64,000 bases of DNA, taken from the NCBI GenBank assembly GCA_963665665.1, contig OY762428.1:416001-480000 (forward strand), in the 5' to 3' direction. Every line of letters begins with the position of its first letter. Positions within the stretch are counted from its first letter, which is position 1. The stretch comes from Candidatus Kapaibacterium sp. GTDB taxonomy: Bacteria > Bacteroidota > Ignavibacteria > Kapaibacteriales > UBA2268. Below the pieces are notes generated by a model. It did not search any database, was not told the DNA's origin, and saw only the letters and a program-made list of their open reading frames with translations. This document shows positions 49,469-59,210 of the stretch, one piece after another. A program made the translations under genes and the position numbers.

Positions 49469-51844
49469 TCATTCCTTCACAAACTTACCCTTCAAAGTAG
49501 CGCCGCCGCTGCTGATGGACACAACATAAGCCCCGGCTGGGAGCATGGAAATATCAAGTTTTATTTCACCCCCGGAAATTATATATGCTGTTTGGCTAAG
49601 AACGATATTCCCTTCCATATCAGTAATGCTGATTTCAGCAATGCCGTCTATTTCATTTCCCGGCCGGATTGATATTGAATTTGCTGCGGGGTTGGGGAAG
49701 ACGTAGATTAACGATGCCTGATTTTTAAATTCTTCCACCCCTACCTGGTGTTCAGGAATACCTTTAACTATCCTGCCGGCTCCGCTTATGTATATGCAGC
49801 CGTCCTTGCCCATTACCATTTTCCTCAGGGAACCGCCTACATCGGCTCTGAAACCGGCATAGTTCAGATCAACTTCTTCCCAGCTTTGCCCCTCATCAGT
49901 AGTGAATGCAATATTATTCCGGCCGTCTGTAATCAATATACGCCCGTCTTCAAGGCCGAGCATGTCTCCTACATTCCTGTATGGCGAGGGAATATGATCC
50001 CATGTTGTTCCCTCGTCAGTCGATCTTAAAATACCGAGGCTGTCTCCGCCTGTTAAGTATATATTCCCATTAATATATTCAATTCCCCCGTAATAGGCAT
50101 CCCTGCTATCAAGCGCATAAACGGAATCATAGCTTTCTCCCCTGTTATCAGTCCGGAAAATCCTGAATACTGTTTTAATCCCGTAGGGGAAATTAACAGT
50201 ATCATCGGTTTTAACTCTGTTCTCTTCGCTGTAAATATAAGCGCTTTCGCCGGAAACAAGGGCGGCAGATTCGATCACCCCTTTTATATAATCCAGGGTA
50301 TCATGCACCCAGCTCCCCCCGCCGTCGCTGCTCCTTACGGCTTCATTTATCCAGCCAACAGAAGAATACAAACTGCCGGATAGAACAAGGAAATTCTCAT
50401 TGTCGAAAGCAAGGAATTCCATACCGCCGCAAATGTCCGTATTCGTCCAGTTTTTACCACCATCGCTTGTTTCAATACTTAAATAATATGACCAATATGC
50501 CGACTGAGAGCAACTCCTGTTACCAAATATAAAACCTTCTTTACTATTCTTAAAATATCCGCAAGTCATATCTGATTCTGAATTGCCCGCAATAGTTACC
50601 CAAAAATCCTGTTCTTCTTCCGAAAGTGAATCATTCCAGCCGATATTGGGATAAGCCTGGTCCCAGCTTGCCCCGGCATCGTCGCTCCTGAATACAGCAG
50701 CCCCGTCAATCCTTAAAGCCAGCAGTGTTGAATCGGATGCCGGAATAAAATCAATTAATACTTTCTCTCTTTGCGCTGTTAAATAAAAAGTATTGCAATA
50801 TCGGTTAATATCAAAATTCTCCCCGCCGTCGTTGCTGAATGATATCATCCTGTTTAATTGCAGAGCGGCAATGTTATTTTCGTCATAAGCAGAAAAATCT
50901 AAAAATAACCGGCCGTAACCGTTATAAGAATAAATTGAATACTTGTCCATAAATGATGTATCCGGCCTATATGTTTTAAAATTGTCATCGGTTCTAATTA
51001 AATGCCCTGCATTTTGACCCAATAAAATATTATCATTATCAAATGTTATTATACATCTTGTCATATAAGGTTTGTAGATTTTCGGGTCCAATGCTATAAT
51101 TTGCCAGCTTTCACCCCCGTCGAGCGTTCTCGCAATATAATCAGTAAAAGTAGCAGAATTAGTATCAGCAAAAGCTATTGTACCATTATTACCATCAGAA
51201 AAATCCATGGCTGTATATAAATGACCGTTCTTATAACTATTTGTATCATTATAAACAATGCTCCAGTTTTTTCCGCCGTCGCTGCTTTTGCTTAGTTGCC
51301 CCAGGGTAGTAAGGTGGTAAATATAATTTGTTTCGGGGGCATCAATGTCAACTGTTTCAATATCCCCGAAATCAATTTTTTCCTGCCAGTTATTGCCCAT
51401 ATCACTGCTTTTGTATAATTTTCCGGCATCGCTTGCAATATAGGTTTCTTCGGGTGAAGCATTTGCCATGCAGGAAAACGAAGAACTTCCGAAGCCGGCT
51501 GCCGCCCAGTTTTTTCCACCGTCCGTAGTTGTTTCTATCATTCCATTGTCCCCGGCAATCACCCAGTTATTAAAATCATAATAAACAATACTGCTGATAT
51601 TTTCGCGCGTACCGGTTTCAATATATCTCCATTTTTCTCCCCGATTCTCGGTTATCATCAGGTAGCCGTTATTGCCGGAAACAAGGCATGTAAGCGAATC
51701 CATAAGCTTTATATCGCTGTAGTATGGTATCATGTTCTGCCATACATAGCCGCCGCCTTTGTAATCGAGGGATTTTGACGTTGTAGGGCTGAATATCTGA
51801 ACTAAAAATATTAATGATGCTATAATATATATTTTCCGGCTCAT
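49469..51844 (-). CDS. BNR/Asp-box beta-propeller protein with T9SS CTD, copy 2
   Basis: Paralog of 46197-48617 with a different CTD (VFPNPA...AGAYVVSI). Confidence 0.85.
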   Translation of the reverse strand: MSRKIYIIASLIFLVQIFSPTTSKSLDYKGGGYVWQNMIPYYSDIKLMDSLTCLVSGNNGYLMITENRGEKWRYIETGTRENISSIVYYDFNNWVIAGDNGMIETTTDGGKNWAAAGFGSSSFSCMANASPEETYIASDAGKLYKSSDMGNNWQEKIDFGDIETVDIDAPETNYIYHLTTLGQLSKSSDGGKNWSIVYNDTNSYKNGHLYTAMDFSDGNNGTIAFADTNSATFTDYIARTLDGGESWQIIALDPKIYKPYMTRCIITFDNDNILLGQNAGHLIRTDDNFKTYRPDTSFMDKYSIYSYNGYGRLFLDFSAYDENNIAALQLNRMISFSNDGGENFDINRYCNTFYLTAQREKVLIDFIPASDSTLLALRIDGAAVFRSDDAGASWDQAYPNIGWNDSLSEEEQDFWVTIAGNSESDMTCGYFKNSKEGFIFGNRSCSQSAYWSYYLSIETSDGGKNWTNTDICGGMEFLAFDNENFLVLSGSLYSSVGWINEAVRSSDGGGSWVHDTLDYIKGVIESAALVSGESAYIYSEENRVKTDDTVNFPYGIKTVFRIFRTDNRGESYDSVYALDSRDAYYGGIEYINGNIYLTGGDSLGILRSTDEGTTWDHIPSPYRNVGDMLGLEDGRILITDGRNNIAFTTDEGQSWEEVDLNYAGFRADVGGSLRKMVMGKDGCIYISGAGRIVKGIPEHQVGVEEFKNQASLIYVFPNPAANSISIRPGNEIDGIAEISITDMEGNIVLSQTAYIISGGEIKLDISMLPAGAYVVSISSGGATLKGKFVKE

Positions 51845-51981
51845 TTTTTTCCTCTTGGAATTATATTAAAAATTTCTATTTTTGTTCAGGCGTTTTTAAA
51901 AGCCTGGGGGACTTCCCGAAGGACAATCCCCCGTTACCAGTCATGCAAAGTCTGTAAATGTGCTTTTAATTGCGCCTTTTT

Positions 51982-52563
51982 TTAATTACATTGAGGTTCA
52001 CAAGGAGAAACACAATCATCACCGATTACAAAGGAATTCAATGTATTAGTTATTCTATTCCCGTTACCGTCGCAACATACTTCCAGTTCCGTTCTGCAAT
52101 ATGAATTACCACCGGCACAAGGACTTCCGTTATACCAACAGTTATCATAATAAAAGCGATAATTTGGTTCTGTTGTAGGGCAGGGGGGGCATGGCCACTG
52201 ATTGTTATCCGGATTCTGTTTGATCAATGCATAAGCGGCAAGTTTTAATAATTCAGGCCCGCTGGGGGGTGGTTGAATCTGGTTAAAACAATTAATATCA
52301 ATTGGACTGACATCCCATACGTAAACTTCAATCATTGGCTCCACGTCGCCAATATTACGCCAGCAATACCCCACTTTGTAATCACATGTAATACCGTTAA
52401 CAGTTATAGAAACAATTGTTCCCCCTCCGTCTATCCAGGGAATATTCGGTGGGATAGCTCCGTCCGGCGGACAACCCTGTTGCGCCAGGGCATTCTGATT
52501 CATGCTGAAAAATGAAACCAAAAGAACTGCAAACAAAAGGATAAAACTTCTGCCTTTTGTCAT
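51982..52563 (-). CDS. Secreted 14-Cys protein, copy 2
   Basis: Paralog of 48755-49342; all 14 Cys are retained. Confidence 0.8.
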   Translation of the reverse strand: MTKGRSFILLFAVLLVSFFSMNQNALAQQGCPPDGAIPPNIPWIDGGGTIVSITVNGITCDYKVGYCWRNIGDVEPMIEVYVWDVSPIDINCFNQIQPPPSGPELLKLAAYALIKQNPDNNQWPCPPCPTTEPNYRFYYDNCWYNGSPCAGGNSYCRTELEVCCDGNGNRITNTLNSFVIGDDCVSPCEPQCN

Positions 52564-52687
52564 GGCAAACTCCTGTAAATAATTTGTAAATAACTAACAA
52601 TGCGGCAATATTCCGCATGTAATATTATTTGTATTTAATTGTTACTATTCAGTTGAACAATGTAAATTCGATAAAATTGTATGAAGC

Positions 52688-52817
52688 TGTCATACTGAGC
52701 GACTTGTCCCGAGCACATTATTTTGTATTGACCTATCGGGAAGTGAAGTATCCATTCTTCTACATATTCTGCTATATTATGTGGATTCTTCCCTCACTGC
52801 GCTCGGTCAGAATGACA
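52688..52817. repeat. REP-like palindromic element, same family as 46041-46157
   Basis: TGTCATACTGA...TCAGAATGACA terminal inverted repeat, GGATTCTTC, internal CTTGTCCCGA..TCGGGA. Confidence 0.6.
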
Positions 52818-53071
52818 TTTCTCTGCATTTTTTCTTCAATAACAGCAATATATTGTACCCACCTGAGTAGAAACATTTATTTTAGTATTTAATCAATTAC
52901 AATTAGCATTATTAAATTTTTCCTCCCAACTCCCTATCTTGTCTAAACCGGCATTCAGGGGAAGTATTTTCTCATCATTAATTTAACGTACAAAGTAAAA
53001 AAAAAAAATGAAAATTACAAGTAAAAATGAAAAAGAATATTTATACACGATACAATCCGTCATTGTATTTC

Positions 53072-53183
53072 CTCCTTCCAAGATTGCACTTTGGAAGTTC
53101 ATTTTCCATAAAGTTTCACTTTAGATTTCCTGAAGCAAAGCTTTTGTTGAAAACAGCATTACGAAGTGCAACTTCGTAATGAG
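53072..53183. repeat. Second REP-like element with multiple hairpins
   Basis: CTTCCAAG-attgcac-TTTGGAAG and CATTACGAAG-tgcaa-CTTCGTAATG hairpins with reverse-complementary TTGCAC/GTGCAA loop motifs. Confidence 0.55.
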
Positions 53184-53223
53184 CTGCCTGTAAAAGTTTA
53201 TACTGATTACTTTTATTATTCTT

Positions 53224-55338
53224 TTACTCCCCGCAAACTTTCATTTTCTCAGCTTTGGCAGCTTTCAGCCCGAGCCTTTCTGCTATATCAAAATCCTGGC
53301 AGCATTCATTTTTATGCCCCATATTCAGATGGCAGTAGGCCCTGAGGAAATAAGCCTGCGCAAGCCGGGGATTCAGGTCGATAGCTTTTGTAAGGTCTTT
53401 CAGTGCGGCTTTCAGGCTTCCGAGGTGCAGCAAAGCCTCTCCCCTTTCCAGGTATGCCGAAGCATTTTTCCTGTCAAGTTGAATTGCCTTTTCCAGGTCT
53501 GGCAGGGCTTCCCTGAATTTACCAGCCTGAACAAGCAGGTATCCCCTGCTCAGGAAATATTCCGTTTCATTGGGGTTAATCTCAATTGATTTGGTAAAAT
53601 CGGCATAAGCTTCCGGAATACGTCCGCTTTCCAGCAGGGCGTGGCCACGCAGGTTATATAGCTTGGAATCTTTGGGATTAACCTTCAGGCCATTGCTGTA
53701 ATCAATTAGTGCAAGCTCCCTCCTGCCGGTTTCCATATACACATAGCCTCGGGTTCCATACAGTTTAAAATTATTAGAATCAAGGGCTATGGCTTTGTCC
53801 AGATTTTTTTCCGCTCCGGCCAGGTCTCCGCTTTTTACTTTTTCAACGGCATTCTGGTAAAGGAAATAATCATTATCAAGGAACTTTGGCTGCAGTTCGG
53901 TAAAGTCCCCCGGACGCAGATTCACAAATTCAGGTATATTGCACGCCCGGCCTGGCTTCCACATGTTTTCGAGTAATACAGGCGGAGAATCATTACCGTT
54001 CTCATCAATATGAGTAAGGTAAAGGCGCGTATATTTATCATGCATTTTGGATGAAAATACCAGCCATTTGCCATTAGGCGACCATGAATGCCAGGAGTTC
54101 ATATTGTCCGAATTGCATTGCATTTCCCTTGGCTCTCCTCCTTCTGCCGGCATAATAAACAGTTTGCTGTCCGGTTGGAGCAGCATAAAACTTTCCGCCT
54201 GGTTGAACACGATCCATTTTCCATCCGGCGACATCCTGGGATAATAGTTACTTTTTCCGTTTTTTGATGCTCCCGGCACAGGTTGGGCTTTGCCGCCCCT
54301 CCCCTCGTTGAAAGGTATGCGATAAATATCATATTTGAATTTTTTATCATGCAGAACAAAATCATCAGCAAGGCGGTTAAAAATAGAAGTATCCTTATCA
54401 AAAGCATTTGTAAAGCCGCTTTCGCCGGCCTTGATTGCCGTGGCTTTTGCAAATAGTATTTCCCTGCCGTCGGGACTCCAGGACGGATTAGACTGAACAT
54501 AATTTATATCATCTGCCCCCGGCAAAGCTGCATAAGTGCCTTTGTGCCTGTCGCTTATCACCAGGATACCGTGAATGGGAAAAAACAACTGAGAATAAGC
54601 CGTGTCCGGCCTTGTTACGAAGAAATTATGATCTTTTAATGTTGCAGCAATATATCTTCCCGAAGGCGATATATTAGCCAGAAGGCCGTAAGTAGGCTCT
54701 CCATCCTGATATTCGCTCCAGTGCATCATTTTGTACAGTACTGTTTTCTTAGCAATATCCGTGATCCCGTAGGCATCTTTGTCGCTGTGGGCATCAACAT
54801 CCATACCAAGCACCCTGCCGTTAGCCGAAAAGGAATGGCAATTTGCACACACGTGGATATTTTCCATGAGTATTGTTGAAGGCTCGTCAGAGGAAATATC
54901 CCCAATTCGCCATTTTATTTCTTTAAGGTTTGCAAGTGCATATTTAAACGGCAGAGGAACATCACGAAAAAATATGGGGGCAATAACAGAATCTTCCGAT
55001 ACAATTATTTTTACTGAGGATAATTCTTTACCGTAACGGTCGTTGAGAACAATTTTACCATTATTGCCAATACAGGCGGCCTTGAACTTTTCCCATTCAC
55101 CCCTTTCAGGTTTCCATTCTTTACCGTTAATTTTTCCTTCAATCTTTGTATCTCCTGATTCAAGAGAAATATTCATACCAACAGCATCGCCCGAGAATCG
55201 GATAACAGGAGATGCAATATCCGGTGGAAATATTGTATTTTCAGCGGGATAAGTTATAGCAATGCCATTATTGCCAGCAGATAAAAAATAAATAAAAAAT
55301 GCAGTTATTATTGAAATTAAGAAAAGCGTGCGTTTCAT
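53224..55338 (-). CDS. TolB-like (PD40) beta-propeller plus TPR protein with CxxCH motif
   Basis: CANCH, PSWSPDG, SPDGKWIVF, WSPNGKWLVFSS and C-terminal TPRs. Confidence 0.85.
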   Translation of the reverse strand: MKRTLFLISIITAFFIYFLSAGNNGIAITYPAENTIFPPDIASPVIRFSGDAVGMNISLESGDTKIEGKINGKEWKPERGEWEKFKAACIGNNGKIVLNDRYGKELSSVKIIVSEDSVIAPIFFRDVPLPFKYALANLKEIKWRIGDISSDEPSTILMENIHVCANCHSFSANGRVLGMDVDAHSDKDAYGITDIAKKTVLYKMMHWSEYQDGEPTYGLLANISPSGRYIAATLKDHNFFVTRPDTAYSQLFFPIHGILVISDRHKGTYAALPGADDINYVQSNPSWSPDGREILFAKATAIKAGESGFTNAFDKDTSIFNRLADDFVLHDKKFKYDIYRIPFNEGRGGKAQPVPGASKNGKSNYYPRMSPDGKWIVFNQAESFMLLQPDSKLFIMPAEGGEPREMQCNSDNMNSWHSWSPNGKWLVFSSKMHDKYTRLYLTHIDENGNDSPPVLLENMWKPGRACNIPEFVNLRPGDFTELQPKFLDNDYFLYQNAVEKVKSGDLAGAEKNLDKAIALDSNNFKLYGTRGYVYMETGRRELALIDYSNGLKVNPKDSKLYNLRGHALLESGRIPEAYADFTKSIEINPNETEYFLSRGYLLVQAGKFREALPDLEKAIQLDRKNASAYLERGEALLHLGSLKAALKDLTKAIDLNPRLAQAYFLRAYCHLNMGHKNECCQDFDIAERLGLKAAKAEKMKVCGE

Positions 55339-55738
55339 TACTTCATCTTCAAAAATTCAAAACAATTTCTTATATCATAAATATAAAAAAAATTAGCAGA
55401 ATTGTACAGTAAGATCAAAATTTATTCAACAATTTTTGAAACCCTGCTTCCCTCCGGTTCAAAAATTATCAATAATATTTACCAGTAAGATATATGCAAA
55501 ATTTATTATTTGATTACTGTAAATATATTCCGAATTTTTTTCCTCTGAAAGAAAAACCTACGCAGAGCCATCCTGTAAAAGGCAAAAAATGAGAGTTTTG
55601 GAAAATCATCTTAGCATAATAATCACTGATTATATTCGTTATATTGCCGGAACGGTATATAAATATGAATTTTCAAATTACCGGGTTTGATTGTATATTT
55701 GAAATTATGGATTATCAGACAATAGAAAGGTTGACATA

Positions 55739-56698
55739 ATGAGTGAAAATAATGCTCAACACACTAAACTTGCAATTATTGGAACTGGTCCCGCAGGCTT
55801 TACTGCAGGCCTGTACGCCGGAAGGGCAAACCTGGAAGTGTTAATGTTCGAAGGCATGCAGCCGGGCGGACAGCTTACAATAACAACTGAAGTAGAAAAC
55901 TACCCGGGCTTCGTTGACGGAGTTCAGGGGCCTGAAATGATGGATATTTTGCGCAAACAGGCACATAAATTCGGCGCTCAGTCAATTTATGAAACTATCA
56001 CAAAGGTTGATTTCTCTGAACGCCCGTTTAAATTGTGGTCCGATTCAGATAAAATGTATACTGCCGACTCAGTAATTATTGCTACAGGTGCCACAGCACG
56101 CAAGCTTGACGGCACAAAAGGGCATGAAACATATTGGGGACGCGGCATTTCGGCTTGTGCCACATGCGACGGTTTCTTTTACAAAGGTAAAAAAATATTC
56201 GTTGTCGGCGGTGGTGACAGTGCTCTTGAAGAAGCAATTTACCTGACACACTTCGGCGAATCGGTAACGCTCATACACAGGCGTCAGGAATTCCGCGGAT
56301 CAAAAATCATGGTTGACCGTGCAGAAAATCATCCCAAAATTAATATTCTCCGCGACAGTGTTATCGATGAATTCCTTGGCGAAAATAAAATGGGATTTCC
56401 CAACCTGACATCCATAAACATTAAAAATGTAAAAACAGGTGAAATTGAAAACCACGCAGCTGACGGAGTATTTATTGCCATCGGGCACGTACCCAATACA
56501 ACAATATTCGAAGGCCTGCTTGATATGGACGATGAAAAATATCTGATTACTGATCCGAAATCAACATATACAAACATACCCGGCGTTTTTGCCTGTGGTG
56601 ATGTTCAGGATAAAACTTACCGCCAGGCAATTACAGCTGCCGGAAGCGGTTGCCAGGCAGCAATTGATGCAGAACGCTGGCTGACAGAACAGGATTAA
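55739..56698 (+). CDS. trxB: Thioredoxin-disulfide reductase
   Basis: GTGPAG, GGQL, CATCDG, GGGDSA, HRR, GDV..YRQAITAAG. Confidence 0.97.
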   Translation: MSENNAQHTKLAIIGTGPAGFTAGLYAGRANLEVLMFEGMQPGGQLTITTEVENYPGFVDGVQGPEMMDILRKQAHKFGAQSIYETITKVDFSERPFKLWSDSDKMYTADSVIIATGATARKLDGTKGHETYWGRGISACATCDGFFYKGKKIFVVGGGDSALEEAIYLTHFGESVTLIHRRQEFRGSKIMVDRAENHPKINILRDSVIDEFLGENKMGFPNLTSINIKNVKTGEIENHAADGVFIAIGHVPNTTIFEGLLDMDDEKYLITDPKSTYTNIPGVFACGDVQDKTYRQAITAAGSGCQAAIDAERWLTEQD

Positions 56699-56721
56699 AA
56701 TCAGTATAAATATTATTATTG

Positions 56722-56753
56722 GCCCGGCTGATTGATTTAGGCGGGCTTTTTTT
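56722..56753 (+). terminator. Terminator after trxB
   Basis: GCCCG...GCGGGC stem followed by a T7 run. Confidence 0.65.
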
Positions 56754-56926
56754 GATGTATATTAAGCATTTCAATCTGACACGATCAATATTATAAACCA
56801 GTACAAAAAACAAAACAACAGCGTACAATATTAGTCACACCTAAAATAATATTATATTCAATTCGTTGCTCCATTTACGGGTATGAATCCAAAAATGAAC
56901 TTCGGAAATGAATCAATGGAATTATT

Positions 56927-57337
56927 ATGAAACTTATCATTCTTTTATTTGTATTATTATCGATGATCATTATTTCATCCTGTACTGATAAAATTGTTAG
57001 TGAATGTGATGAAGATCTGACAACCGGTGCTTCAACATTTTCATCAATTCAAGCGGAAATATTTGATAAACATTGTGCAACTTCCGGGTGTCACGCTGGT
57101 AATCAGCCCGCCGGAGCTTTGTTGCTTACCGGAGATAATGTTTATAATAACCTGGTTGGTAAAAGCAGCAATCAGGTTTCAATGAACCTTGTGGAACCTG
57201 GTGACAGTAAAAACAGCTACCTGATAAAAAAACTTCTCGGAGAGGGCACGTCTCTTATGCCGCCACTTGGCAAATTGCCTGATGATTATATTAACAATGT
57301 AAGCGAATGGATTGATAATGGAGCAAACAATGATTAA
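56927..57337 (+). CDS. Lipoprotein with cytochrome c-like CxxxxCH motif
   Basis: ISSC lipobox, CATSGCH, PGDSKNSYL, MPP, WIDNGA. Confidence 0.8.
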   Translation: MKLIILLFVLLSMIIISSCTDKIVSECDEDLTTGASTFSSIQAEIFDKHCATSGCHAGNQPAGALLLTGDNVYNNLVGKSSNQVSMNLVEPGDSKNSYLIKKLLGEGTSLMPPLGKLPDDYINNVSEWIDNGANND

Positions 57338-57917
57338 AGATTTTTTCAGACATAGTTTTCTTTTTTTAGTAATAACTGCTTTATCAGTTCATAGTTTGTA
57401 TTCAGCAGAATGCCATGTAAACAAGGATAAAAACAATGTAGTAAAATTTATATCAGATGCCCCGCTTGAGGATTTTGAAGGAGTAACTGATAAAATCGAC
57501 GGATTTATTCATATTGAATCTATCGAATCCCTTGTTGGCAGCAAACTTTATTTCGAGGTTGACCTGAACTCATTAGATACAGGAATAGGACTTAGAAACA
57601 GGCACATGAGAGAAAATTACCTTCATACCGAAAAATTTCCGTTTACTTATTTCGAGGGTGAAATTACAAAATCTGAAAAAGATACGGATTCAAGGTATAA
57701 AGTATCTGTAGAAGGGCAAATATTCATTCATGGCAAAACAAAAGATATAGAAGCCAGTGGTTACATCACAACAAACAATGAAGGATCATACAGAATCCAG
57801 TCAAAGTTTGATATTGCTCTTACTGATTTTGATATAGAAGTGCCGGAACTGATGTTTATGAAAATTGATGAAAAAATGGACATTGTCCTTGATTTTTATG
57901 TTTTTAAGGTTGAATAA
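57330..57917 (+). CDS. YceI family protein
   Basis: SLDTGIGLRNRHMRENYL and IHGKTK motifs; ATG 57330 after GGAG. Confidence 0.85.
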   Translation: MIKDFFRHSFLFLVITALSVHSLYSAECHVNKDKNNVVKFISDAPLEDFEGVTDKIDGFIHIESIESLVGSKLYFEVDLNSLDTGIGLRNRHMRENYLHTEKFPFTYFEGEITKSEKDTDSRYKVSVEGQIFIHGKTKDIEASGYITTNNEGSYRIQSKFDIALTDFDIEVPELMFMKIDEKMDIVLDFYVFKVE

Positions 57918-57935
57918 TATTAAAGTGGAATTATA

Positions 57936-58775
57936 ATGAAAAAAATCTTTATACCGATTGTTGCAATTATTATATTATCAGTTTCTTTAGCAAATTCACA
58001 AAGCACAAAATGGAAGAGGAAATCTGCACCGGTTAAACCCGAGCTCCAGCTTTTTCATTCCATTTTTGCCATTAACCTGCCAACTTCAGAAACACTTCAA
58101 TCCGGGAATTTTTATCTCGGTATAGCACACAGGTTTGCTGTACCTGTATCTTCAGGAATCGGCGACTTATGGGGAATCGACGGTTCGGTGGTTAACAGGT
58201 TTGATTTTGCCTATGCAATAACTAATAAATTATTAGCATCCGTCGGGCGTTCAAACCTTGATGGAAATATTGACTTACAGCTAAAATACAAATTCTTCAC
58301 AGATGACAATCAGGCTGTGCCAATCTCCGCAACGGTAATTGGAGGCCTGGCATATAACGGAAAACCTGCAATAGAACCAAAAGATGATTCACGGCTTTTC
58401 CAATATTTCGGTCAATTGGTCATCAACACGATGTTTATGAAAAAAATCGGATTTGGAATCGTTCCATCCTACTTGCAAAACAGCCATATTATCTGTACTG
58501 ACAACCAGTATTCCTTTACAGTCGGCCTTTACGGACAATATTATGTTAATGAAAACCTGAGTTTTATTGCAGAAGCCAATCCCACTGTTACAGGATGGCG
58601 TAACAAGTACGACAGCTATTCCGCAGGAATTGAACTTGAAACCGGCGGCCACTTCTTCAAGATAATTATTGGCAACAATACTGCAATGAACCCTACCCAA
58701 TTTCTTGCAGGCGCCACAGATGCATTTGACAGTGGAGACCTCCACCTTGGTTTCCATATAACAAGGAATCTTTAA
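57936..58775 (+). CDS. Outer-membrane beta-barrel protein (DUF5777-like)
   Basis: IAHRF, WGIDG, ETGGHFF, LGFHITRNL; clustered with YceI and a cytochrome c-like gene. Confidence 0.75.
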   Translation: MKKIFIPIVAIIILSVSLANSQSTKWKRKSAPVKPELQLFHSIFAINLPTSETLQSGNFYLGIAHRFAVPVSSGIGDLWGIDGSVVNRFDFAYAITNKLLASVGRSNLDGNIDLQLKYKFFTDDNQAVPISATVIGGLAYNGKPAIEPKDDSRLFQYFGQLVINTMFMKKIGFGIVPSYLQNSHIICTDNQYSFTVGLYGQYYVNENLSFIAEANPTVTGWRNKYDSYSAGIELETGGHFFKIIIGNNTAMNPTQFLAGATDAFDSGDLHLGFHITRNL

Positions 58776-58818
58776 AACCAGTAAAAAATTAAAAATAAAT
58801 ATTTAATTTTAAAAAAAT

Positions 58819-58852
58819 AAAGACTGCTAATAAATTTGGCAGTCTTTTTTTT
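58819..58852 (+). terminator. Intrinsic terminator
   Basis: AAAGACTGCTAA...TTGGCAGTCTTT followed by a T-run. Confidence 0.8.
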
Positions 58853-59210
58853 AAATAATATCGGAAAGAAAAATAATTACACTATATATCCTGATTTCAT
58901 TGTTGATGATTTTTGTAACTACTAAATGTTACATATATATTACTCTTTATCAATATAATTACTATAGAATTTTTAATAAAATATTTTTTTTAAATATTGT
59001 TGCAACATTTAGTAATTTTTTGTGTTATTATAAATTATTGATATATTTTATACTTACTGTAATTAATTTGTAACATTTGAAAAATGCCTGTGTTATTGTT
59101 TATGAGGTTAAAGATTGAGAAGGTCAACACAAGATGGCCTAAGAGGTTAAATTCTGGAATTTGTAAAACATAATCAACTTGTTTTTTTTCCACAATTTGC
59201 GGAGAACACT

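Larger units (their letters stand above)
46508..52573. repeat. Tandem duplication of a two-gene cassette (about 3.23-kb period)
   Basis: 46508-49352 aligns with 49735-52573 (offset 3227, then 3221), including the intergenic region. Confidence 0.92.

Noticed and set aside
46197-52573. Diversity-generating retroelement explaining paralog variation
   Set aside because: No reverse transcriptase, differences are not adenine-specific, and both copies are full genes.
52629-52892. 87-aa ORF and the small ORFs at 46013-46216
   Set aside because: They overlap REP-like palindromes, have no RBS or recognisable motifs, and are likely spurious.
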